Assembly (NCBI GenBank): GCA_030704615.1
Contig: CM060732.1
Location: 63,488,001 to 63,552,000, forward strand
Length of the DNA stretch: 64,000 nucleotides
Direction: 5' to 3'
Source: Takakia lepidozioides
Lineage: Eukaryota; Plantae; Bryophyta
The notes below the pieces were generated by a model. It was not told the origin of the DNA. It searched no databases and saw only the letters and a program-made list of their open reading frames with translations. Shown one piece after another: positions 14,646 to 24,399 of this stretch. A program made the position numbers and the translations under genes. The first letter of the stretch is position 1. Each line of letters opens with the position of its first letter.

Positions 14646-16192
14646 CCACGATTAATTAGTTGTCTTTTATTTACACGTGTTATTTAAACTATATTCAAGT
14701 TGTCGGTAACCAGTTCATGGATGGATGAATAAAGAACCATTCGTCCGGCTATCCCCTCACCTTTTGAAGGTAGTAAAAGTGAATTAGTAGAAAGCGAAGC
14801 GTAATTAGTAGACGCGTGCGGCCGACAGCAGGGCCCCACCGCGGTAACCCGAGGCAAGCGGAACCCGGCGCAGGATCCAGGGTCGCCTGATGGGAACAGG
14901 CGCGACGGTGATTACGAAACGCGTGGCGATTAGCCCTGAAGCTCTCTCCCTGGGAATGGCCGCACGCCCCATTGGGCGCAGCGTGGCACCCCTGCTGCTG
15001 TGGTTGGAGCCCTGTGGCGTCGTGGCAAGGGCGTGCCGCCTTATTGGCTGCCAACTGCAACACTCTCGATAAACGATGTCTCCAGTGGGTTGGATGCTTG
15101 GAAAATTCTCTTCGGCCTAAGAACGCCTAAGAACTCTTAGGCCTAAGAATCGTGTTGCAGCTCCCAACTTTGCTCAACCTGGGGTTTAAGAGTATGAATA
15201 CTTTTCCTTACTTTATTAATAAAATTTATCCGAGCAGTTCTCTAGATTTGTTTTTCTTAAAAGAAAAGAAACATGGGTGAAAAATCCGGTATGAGTACAG
15301 CCACTGCAAGCCTCCATAATTGTTACACAATTAGAAAACTCTTTATCTCTTTTTTTATTTTTATTTTTTAAAAAGTTTATAAATGGAAACACCCAAATCA
15401 GACCCCTTAATTATAGTGAGAGAAAATAACCAGTGCTGTTGGACTGGTATACATATAACAAACTGGAATCAATGATGATAATATACTGGTATGAAGTACC
15501 AGAGCAAGTCTGGTGTCAGCTAGCTCCACTCCCTAGCATATATTGGTATTGGCCTGGTATTGTTTTTATTGATTCTATGGGCTATACCTACCAGCCTCGT
15601 ATGTGGTTAAAAATTTGGTACCTGATACCAGTATCAGTATCAGATCCATTCTGTAAGGAATACCTAGTTATGAGTATTGACGGCACAACTCTATAAGTCT
15701 CCCTAAATAGCCTCAACAAAAAAGGTATTTTAGTACAATGGATGCTATTTAAGACCTATCTATTTTTTCGAAATACCTTTCTTGAAAATAGTGGACCGGC
15801 TGTAGTCAGTCATCCCATCAGCCGGTCATCCAAGTGTGTAGTCAAAGTTTCATAAATATTCAAAATACACGTATACACCAAAAATTCCAGTCCCAATATG
15901 TATGTGGCTTGATTTGATGGTGCTTGGCCATGAGATACAGCCGGAAACCCCCCTCCAGCAGCCCCCCTCCAGCAGCCTACTCGGATGTGCGAGTGCTCCA
16001 CGTCAAATGCTCCCCACCCCCCATCTCCCTCTACCCGGCCTGTGCAGCCTCAAGTGCCCCGCCCGCGTTCCCCCCCACAAACCCCGTCAATTCCCCCCTC
16101 ACTTGCACGGACCCCGCCCGCGTTCCCCCCCCTCCCCCCACAAACCCCGTCAATTCCCCCCTCACTTGCACGGACCCCGCCCGCGTTCCCCT

Positions 16193-16309
16193 AACCACTC
16201 CAGGGTTTAAATCTGCCTTGACCCCTGGATTGACACTTGGGCCAATCCCAATATGTAAAAGCTAGCTATTTCCTAGCTAGTTTCACACTAGTGGTAAAAT
16301 AACTTGACA
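16193..16309 (-). mobile_element. Truncated 5' terminus (117 bp) of a further DNMT-element copy, head-to-tail with copy 1
   Basis: Near-identical to 31090-31214 and 38970-39092. It is separated from the copy-1 3' end by only GC and is truncated at TAACCAC, which is shared with the flanking C-rich sequence. Confidence 0.85.
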
Positions 16310-16384
16310 GCTGTCGTGCGCATACATATCGCTATACAACTACATCGCTGTCCAAAACCACACAACACATATGCACACCACACA

Positions 16385-16520
16385 CAGTATATCACTAGTC
16401 CACCACTAGTCCAGCCACTAGTCCACCACTTGTCCAGCCACTAGTCCAACCACTAGGCTACAACTAGTCAGTCACTGGGCTGCCACTATGTTGCACACTA
16501 TGGCAGTCACTAGTCCACAC
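16385..16520. repeat. 11-12-bp CCACTAGT(CCA) subterminal tandem repeats
   Basis: About 8 degenerate copies of CACTAGTCCAC/CACTAGTCCAGC near the element 3' end. Confidence 0.85.
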
Positions 16521-16781
16521 AATCGCCCCCCTAGCTGGTGCTTAGGTCCCTTTAAGTCCAGGTAGCCACAAGATGTGATAGTGACCATAGCCTCACTAAG
16601 TCCTCCACCACTATCCCTACTACACTCAAACTCGATAGATCAAGAGGTCGGGTGCAAGAGTTGCCCCATCGTTAGTCGCCATCTTACAACCTGTGAACTT
16701 GAGCTTGGGATCTCATGTATTGACTCCTATGAGCTTGGCCTCCCATGTCTTGTTAGATGCCTCCAGTCATGTCCACTGCCA

Positions 16782-16931
16782 CTATCCCAAGCAGTGTGTA
16801 CACAACCAATCTCCGTTAGGAACCTTCTCAAGAGGTGGAGTCAAGCATCCCATATGCCAACCCCTTGAGCATCGATCACACACCAGTATGGTGGCTGCCC
16901 CTTTGGCAGACCCACAAAGCATGCACCTCAA
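16782..16931 (-). pseudogene. PHD finger at the C-terminus of the element polyprotein
   Basis: CMLC...LVCDRCSRGWHMGCLTPPLEKVPNGDWLCTHC has canonical C4-H-C3 spacing. Confidence 0.92.
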
Positions 16932-17029
16932 ACCTGCAGGTACCACTGCCAAGTTTTGGTCAACTCTGCCATCGACATTGGAAAGGTGACATGACGCACA
17001 ATTACGCACATGGTCCTTCCAAGTCATGC

Positions 17030-17800
17030 CATCCCGACCCCTGAGGGCAACACCTCTCGAACCCTCAGAATAACACGCCCTGCAGTAACATCCAGTGTCG
17101 TAGGAGCAGTCTGCTGCAAATAAACATAGTCACCACTAAACCTCCGAACCCTAGGACGATATCATCCACCACGTATAGTGGCATACCTCAACGTATCACG
17201 GTGCTGTACAATGACAAGGTTCTCAAAAGCCATGGGCATGACTTTCTTGAACAACTCTACACGCTGATCACATGCACGTACCCACACGTCCGGATCGTCA
17301 AGGTTAAGGACTTGAGCAGTGTCCCTACGAATGGCTGCAGGCAAATCTGGCTCTCGGCCAAAGAGAAGGAAATATGGTGAGAAGGAGGCAAGTGATGATT
17401 GTTTGCTGAACTTGTAGCCCATGGCTAGCCAAGGTACCTGAAGATCCCAATCTCCTAGGTGTCTTTTTGCAAGCCATACTTGCGCAAACCCCCCTTCACC
17501 GTCTGCACCACTCTCTCTGCCAAGCCATCGGCCTCAGGATGATCCCGAGAAGTGGTACAGTGGTCTATCAAGGCTTTATCACACAAAGCCTGAAAAGCGT
17601 TGAATGAAGCACGCACCCTGTCACACACCATGCACCTAGCCACGAACTGTTGCACCTCTGTGTGCATACCACGCCACCAATACTGCCCCTGCAGTAAACT
17701 ATGAGTGCGTCACACTCCAAAATGCCCCAACTCCTCATGGGCATGCCGCACTAACCGTGCACTGTGTTGGGTGAGGCACGATCCTCACCCGACCATCCTC
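17030..17800 (-). pseudogene. Gypsy-type integrase with in-frame deletion of most of the DDE core
   Basis: HHCC zinc finger (HEELGHFG...YWWRGM...CMVC) is joined directly to FQALCDKALIDHCTTSRDHPEADGLAERVVQTVK, then WDLQVP, FSPYFLLFGREP and GDYVYL. The segment carrying both catalytic Asp residues is absent. Confidence 0.88.
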
Positions 17801-18099
17801 CCACACTCGAAGCAGGTGTACCCCTCCCACTTGAACCTCTTGGCTCGTTGTAGGATCCGATCCCTCTCATTGGCAGTCACACTAGCTGTCGTGTCTCCAG
17901 TGCGGAGGTAGTCCAACACAACCGAATCCTCATGTATATCTCTGGCACCACCTGGCTCATCACTAGCCTCAGGGTCCTCAGACACTCCGTCTACAGTCAT
18001 CCCTGTTAAAGGTCCAACCTGACCTCCCGATGCCAAGATACACAAAAAGGCAGATGCATGTCATCCCGACACCATCTCCTCGTCCGTCTCACCATGCCA

Positions 18100-18270
18100 C
18101 CGAGCTCCAGTGTCATCCTGCTGGCTCATGCATGGATTGCGACTCAATCCATCCGCATCCCTATTGACCAAACCCGGTCGATGTACAACCTGAACATGTC
18201 TCTCATGCTCCTCCACCGTAGCACGAGAGGCAAAGCAATTCCTGTAAGCCTCAGGAACCGCCGTATACGT
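18100..18270 (-). pseudogene. Fused remnants of RT and RNaseH (almost entirely deleted)
   Basis: AYRNCFAS|RATVEEHERHV|QVVHRPGLVNRDADGLSR: the pre-RT helix, the segment after YxDD and the RNaseH C-terminal motif are abutted in one frame. Confidence 0.75.
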
Positions 18271-18669
18271 CGTCTCTCTCCTCTAGTGACAATAGGTCCA
18301 ATGTCAGGCTCCCAATTGCCCTTCGTAACTGCAACCTTAAGTCCAGCAGACTTAGAGGTAGAGGACGCGTCTCGTGGTTGCTATGCCGCAACCTCTTGAG
18401 CAGTACTCCATGCCTGCTCAGTCAATGACAAGGCCTCATCCTGCCCCATCATCTCATCCTTAAGGACCTCCTCAACCCGAGAAGAATCCCCAACCTCATC
18501 CATCACAGCCGCTTTGGCTGCCAACTCCCTCTGAACCTCGAGCACCTCCCACGTGTGCCATGGATGTCTACACCCTGTGGTCCTCACCGGCTCGCCCCCA
18601 CTCACTGCCTGTACCGTCTCGGTAGGCAGAAAGACCGTCAAGGGAAGTGCACTCCGCACTCTTCGTTGC

Positions 18670-19172
18670 TCAGCCATAGCCAAGCTGATAATCCAGGTCA
18701 AGCAATTTAGATTTATTGCTTGCCCCAACACCTGACGACGTGATGCCTCAGAAAGATAAGGCACCACCGTGGTCCCAGTGGAAAAACCCATAACCCGCTC
18801 TCGCTCGTCGGCATTAGGCTCCACTAATTGCTGCAACTGAGCATCCCACAGGAGGCCAGGTCCATTATCTCGGAAAGCATGCGATCCTGGGAAGTTGAGC
18901 ATTGTAGGTAGTGCTGCTCGTGGTTGACCCACCTTGTTGACCACTGCCAAAGGCGAACGGTCATCGTGTCTCACACGCTGAGACTGCCTCCCTGTGTCCA
19001 AAATACTATCCATTGTGAGGTGTGCTGGCCGCTGCACCCCATCAAATGCACGCTTAAGCAGTGCGGGTGGCATCAAGTTAGTCCACCATAACCGTGGACG
19101 ATGAGCCCGTGACCCCACTGTAGCTGCATCCAGCAACACTGCTGACCCAAGCCACGACCGGACTTGATGCAC
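18670..19172 (-). pseudogene. DNMT3-like C5 DNA methyltransferase, C-terminal half (motifs VIII-X), copy 1
   Basis: LLDAATVGSRAHRPRLWWTN (VIII), EPNADERERVMGFSTGTT (IX), RRQVLGQAINLNCLTWII (X). Confidence 0.88.
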
Positions 19173-19570
19173 TGGGGCTGTGATGGGCTGTGACAGGCTG
19201 TGGTGGGCTGTGCCCTGTGGCCTGTGGGGCTGTGATGGGCTGTGATGGGCTGTGACAGGCTGTGGCCTGTGGGGCTGTGACGGGCTGTGAGGGGCTGTGG
19301 CCGTTGGGCTGTGACCCCTGTGACCTGTGTAGGGCTGTGATAGGCTGTGCCATGTGGTCTGTGGGGCTGTGACAGGCTGTGGCGGGCTAGGACAAGCTGT
19401 GCCCTGTGGCCTATGGGGCTGTGAGGGGCTGTGACAGGCTGTGGCCTTTGGGGCTGTGACCCTGTGACCTTTGTAGGGCTGTGACAGGCTGCGGCCTGTG
19501 GGGCTGTGACCCTGTGACCTATGTAGGGCTGTGACAGGCTGTGGCCTGTGTGGGGCTGTGACGGCTGTGA
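19173..19570. repeat. GGCTGTGA / TCACAGCC minisatellite (part of element leader, moved by the inversion)
   Basis: Dense 9-11-bp units, same family as 29008-29510 and 36390-37235. Confidence 0.95.
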
Positions 19571-20316
19571 CCAGTGAGCTGTGTGGGCCTGTGCTGGTCT
19601 GTGGTGGCCCGTATTGACCTGTGGACGACTTGTGCTGACTCGTGGAGGCACTGGTGGACTGCCTAAGGACTGGCATGTGGTCTTGAAAGCCAAATTTTGA
19701 AGCTCGTGGAGGGCGGTTTGAGGAGTATCTTCATGATATTCCCATGGTTATGCAAGTGAGGGAAGAGAGGAAAGGAAGAGTGTTGGGATGAGGGCATGCT
19801 GGGGTTAGGCATTGCTTTAGCTTCTCTTCGTCGTAGTTTCCACCCTCTCATTAGGCCAAGACCTTTCCGTAGGTGGAGGCAAGAGTCAGTCCGGGTTTGG
19901 GTTGGGGTGTCCTTGGAGGAGCAACACCGTGGAGTTGTTTTTGGTATGGGGGAGTTGTCGTTCTGATTTCTTGTGTTTGGATCCCCTCCATACCTGCATG
20001 CTTGACTGTGCGCCATGCTAGTTTTGTGTGGGCGCTTGTTTTTATAGGTGATTGGTCCGGATTTGATCACCGGCCAGTCCTAGAGCATGCTGTCGATGGT
20101 GAGGCTGGGGTGATGACCAGTCAGACCATCATTGTTTCTCCTATGGTGAGGTTGGAGGTGATGACCAGCCAACCATAGGAGTGCTTGCGGTGGATACAGG
20201 TACAGGTGTAGGCTATGTTAGGAACCTAGTATTCCAAACCATAAGCCGCAACAGGTTCTCTACCCGGTTACCTTGTAGAGAGGGGGTTAGGGACATGTTC
20301 ATGACCGGTTGAGTGA

Positions 20317-21780
20317 TTGTTTGTCAACACAGAGGTGCCACTAGTTGCTGGGGACAGTGCCGGTTCGAGCAATAGCGATACTAGTGGGTACACGAGACGA
20401 GGTATGCGGTTTAGGCCACCTTCACCTCCTGTGTCTTTTACGGAAGGTTCTAATTCGGATTGTGAATCAAGAGGACTCATACCGGCGGTGCAAGTTGTTT
20501 CCTTGCCATTGTTGTGGGACACAATGGAGGAGATGTATGGAGCTACCAAGGGGCCACGAAGGTACTCTAGGGCGGTGGGCACCATCGAGTTGGATGATTT
20601 TATCCAAGAGTTGATAGTTGGTGTGATTTGCAGCAAATGCGCAATCCACAACTATTTACGCCTTTCATGGCATGGAAGGGGCTGTTTCAACACCTTGAGG
20701 GGCCGCCTATGGATGATTACCATGAGTTTAGGCGGGGGCATAAGGTTGAGATCAAGGAGTGGAGGATGTACTGGTCACCCGACTATGTCTCGATCACTAG
20801 GGGCACTAGAGCCACGAGGGCAGTGGCTACACCTGCCGCTGCACCGACAGCTTCAACAAGCAGCAGTGGGACTAGTGGAACTAGTGGTACAGTAGCTACG
20901 ACGTCCACCCAAGCCACTACCGCACCAGCACTAGTACCCGTGCGTACCTTCAATCCTGTTGTGGAGTTCTTCGAAGAGTTGAGAGGGAACTACCAAGGGG
21001 TGAGGACAGAGAAGTTGCGGAGTTTGCAAGAGTTCCAACGGAAGCCAACCGAGAGCATGAGGGAGGCTTTCACTCGCATGAGGTGCTTGATAAATGTAAC
21101 CCAAGGGGTTACGGAAGCTCAGGCAGTCCAATTCTGGTATGGGATATTAGACAAGGAGCTGAGGAGAAGGGTGCGGGATGCAACTCTTCTACAAGCGGCC
21201 CAACCCACCTTAGCAAATGTGTTTTTGCTGGCAGAGCGGATAGAGCTCAACATGGTGGAGGAACGAGTGGTCATGGTGGGATTTGCTAAGGAGACACCAC
21301 GGGGTAGTGGTGCTCCTAGCCAACCACTACCTCAATGTGCTCAAGGCAACAAGGGGGCTCAGATGAAGCTCAGGGAAGGCAGAGAGGACCTCAGATGCAG
21401 GGGTTTCTCCTTTCATTTGCTGGCCAACAACGGGCGGATGTGGTGTGCTGGACATGTGGAGGACCCCATGTCAAGAAGGATTGCCCAGAGGGAGGCAAAG
21501 GGCCGGCACATGCACAGCCTGCACAGTTGCAGTGTGGGCATTGTGGCAAGCACGGGCATGGAGAGGCCCAGTGTTATGGTTTGCATCTTGAGTTGGGCCC
21601 AAGCCAGTTCCAAGGGAACAATGGTGGCCGGGGGCGAGGTGGAGCAGCCCAGAGAGGACGAGGTGGCCAGGCACGAGGTGCAGGCCAAGGGCAAGCTCAA
21701 CATGGCCAAGGACGCGGAGGTCAGGGTATTGACCAAGGCATGGCCAACCGGCTTCAGCAGCTAGAGCAGAGGCTCACTGC
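20317..21780 (+). pseudogene. gag (capsid-like region plus two CCHC zinc knuckles), frameshifted, copy 1 (inside inversion)
   Basis: LQEFQRKPTESMREAFTRM (MHR-like), CWTCGGPHVKKDC, CGHCGKHGHGEAQC and RGG-rich tract. Frameshifts near 20612 and within 21320-21440. Confidence 0.85.
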
Positions 21781-23974
21781 CATAGCTACAGCTCAGGTGG
21801 TACCGGCTCCAAGGCCGGATGGTCCACCTCCTGCTCCTGAGGGAGGAGATATGGGAGGCATGGGATTCATGTGCGGAGCAGCATTACCACTACTGCAGGT
21901 GGAGTCTGCTGCAGCCGTGACTCGAGGAGCAGCACGAGTTCTTGAGCCACGAGGTGCAGAGATGGAGTTGGATCCACAGCGTGGGGAGGCAAGCCGTCAG
22001 GCTAGGCTTCCTCAGCCATTCACATTGGCGGAGACAGTGTCGACGCCATCCATGGCACCTAGTTCTCGCCCGACTATTACTGAGGCGGAGGTTACTATGC
22101 CATTGGGGAGAGCTACACGGGTAGCACCACTACCTAGTGTTGCCAATGCTACGGCAACTAGTGTGCTGCTAGGAGCGGCCACATCTGTGTGTCAGGCTCT
22201 ATTGTTCTCGGCTACCATGATTGCGACACCGGGGGTAAGACCAGCTGAGGTGTTCAGGCTGGCAGCTATACTCTGTGAGAGTGAGGAGGTTACACTACAA
22301 CAGATGAGCGTTTTTATGACTGCACATATGACTATTTTTTCAGTCCTATATACGTTCATGACTACATCACTCTGTAGTGAAAAAAACCATGTCATAGCGA
22401 CTAGTCTTTAGGACTGCGTTTTGCAAGTCATAGCCGTGACTGCGTGCGTGGCACCTGGAGTCATGCATAAGAGAGTGATGTAGTCACAACTCTATGACTT
22501 ACATATGACTAACTATAAGACTACATTGTCTGTTGAACGTTGCCTACATGGAGAGGCTCTAGAGAAACACGTGCACCACTGCGCAAGCGACACGTCACAA
22601 CACCTGTTGCACTCCAGATGTAACATGTGGCACTTAGACAGAATATATGACTAGCATATATGACTACTTATCTTTACACGTGGTGAAAATATGGATAAAA
22701 GAATGTCGTGTCATATAATGCCACGTATTCTAGTTCGAGCAGGGTTTATGCCGCGTGTCATCAAGAATGTTATTTGAAAATAACTTATTAGTTTATATTT
22801 TATAATTTTAAATTATTAAATTTATTTTTTATTTTTTAAAACAGGGATAGCAGCTTGGAAATTTTTATTAAATGGTATTATTGTTTAATTTAATAATGCT
22901 ATATAAAATAAAATAGATTAAATGATTTAAATTCTTCATTACATGGTGAAATTCCGATATAAAAACAGAATGGACCCCTTTTGCATACTAGCAACCACAA
23001 TGACAGTCAAAATAGACAAGTACAGGGGAATACACGCCCTGTAAATTATATTACAAAAATCCAAATGAGACCACTGTCCCAATGGATACCTCAAAGGCCA
23101 CAAGGTCCAAAAATCCATGCCTGAAAAGGCCCAGTAAGCAAAAAATAAGCAAGCCCACACACATGGGTTGTAGTACTAGTTTGTTCTGGTGCTACTAGAA
23201 TCAAAGACCCTGTTAATCAGTGCAATACTTCTTGATACGGTCGATTCTGATAAGAGAGAAAAACAGGGTGAAATGTGTTGAAGAAGGTGCCTTGATTAAC
23301 AGTGCCTGATTTGATCAATTGTGCCGCTATTGCTGCGGCTTCCAGTTGACCATCGACCCATGCAGGTTTCTTGTACCTATCCTTCCACAGGGAATCATAG
23401 GTAATCTGGAGCTTGAAATCCGGCCCTCTTGGATGAATCTGGACCCACACTCTATCCCTGCTCCTTCAGTTATCCATGCCCTGCACAAATCATGCATACA
23501 TCCTCGCCTTGCTGCTAGCAGCTGAGAATGATAGCCTAGAATTGCTTGAGCAAACACCCCAGCCCTACTTATCACACTAGTTCCTATGCTGACTTACGTC
23601 TGCTTCCAAAAAACATTCACCTTTTGCCTCGATTGTTCCACCATTGACTGAGGTCGGAAACGTATTCATACCAGAGCTTTCCTCGAGTCTCTGAGTCTCT
23701 GTTATCTATTTTTCGATACTTTCCTGTCGACCACATTGGCAGTAACATGTCAAAATCACTCCAAAACCACCATAGATCCATCAATGAGCTAACTTGCAGA
23801 ATTCAACATGAAAATTTAGGGACGACTCTGATAGCAGGGGAAAACAGGGTGAAATACGTTGAAGAAGGTACCTTCATTAGCAGCACCTTATTCTATGAAT
23901 TGTGTTGTTGCCGCTGCTGTTTTCAGTTGACCATCTACCCACTTGTAGCCGCTGTGCTATTGAAGAACGAGCCC

Positions 23975-24135
23975 CCTTCCCCCATCATTTGCTCATAGGT
24001 CTCCAAAGCCTCCATCCCGCACCCCCTACCCTGCAAGCATCACACTCCACGAAACCACATCTCGTTCAGCCACAGTGTTGAACACTCCCTTGGCATCCTC
24101 GATGCACCCACATTTGGCATACATGTCCACCAGGG
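23975..24135 (-). pseudogene. Captured PLS-class PPR gene fragment
   Basis: LVDMYAKCGCIEDA-(frameshift)-VFNTVAERDVVSWSVM...EALETYEQM is the classic PLS-PPR signature. Confidence 0.8.
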
Positions 24136-24225
24136 GCAGGGGCAGTGTTCAGAATCTAAACCGTGCACAAAGGTTCAGTATTCCAAGGAGGTTGGCAAAG
24201 TCTGAGTATAGGTAGGAACAGTACT

Positions 24226-24399
24226 GTGGGCTCTGCCAGTCTTCTCGCACAAGAAAACGTCACCAATTTGATGGTACGTACAGGTTCTACCAGAGCACCA
24301 ATGATCACCAGCATATACGTCAGTCATGCTTTGGCTGCGCTGCCATGCTGTCACTTGGTCTGCAACCGATGTATCCACCACCACAAGATCATCATGTAC
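24226..24399 (-). pseudogene. Captured exon of a SKIP31-like F-box protein gene
   Basis: After an AG acceptor: VHDDLVVVDTSVADQVTAWQRSQSMTDVYAGDHWCSGRTCTYHQIGDVFLCEKTGRAH. From memory this matches the conserved plant SKIP31 segment (HxCSGxTCxYxQIGDVFxCEKTG). Confidence 0.7.

Noticed and set aside
15902-16265. Proline-rich ORFs (also 31776-32271 and 40111-40677)
   Set aside because: These are translations of C-rich or G-rich hAT internal sequence, including a ~60-bp tandem duplication.
16193-16309. 117-bp repeat as the true 3' LTR paired with 31090-31214
   Set aside because: It does not end in CA, has no adjacent PPT and no TSD, is cut at a microhomology, and is absent beyond the 3' end of the miniature copy.
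16312-16521. Conventional 3' LTR following the PPT-like AGGGGGG
   Set aside because: It has TG...CA ends, but no matching 5' copy is visible in either long element.
19173-19570. Repeat arrays as CRISPR
   Set aside because: No unique spacers, no cas genes, and a eukaryotic context; these are simple minisatellites.
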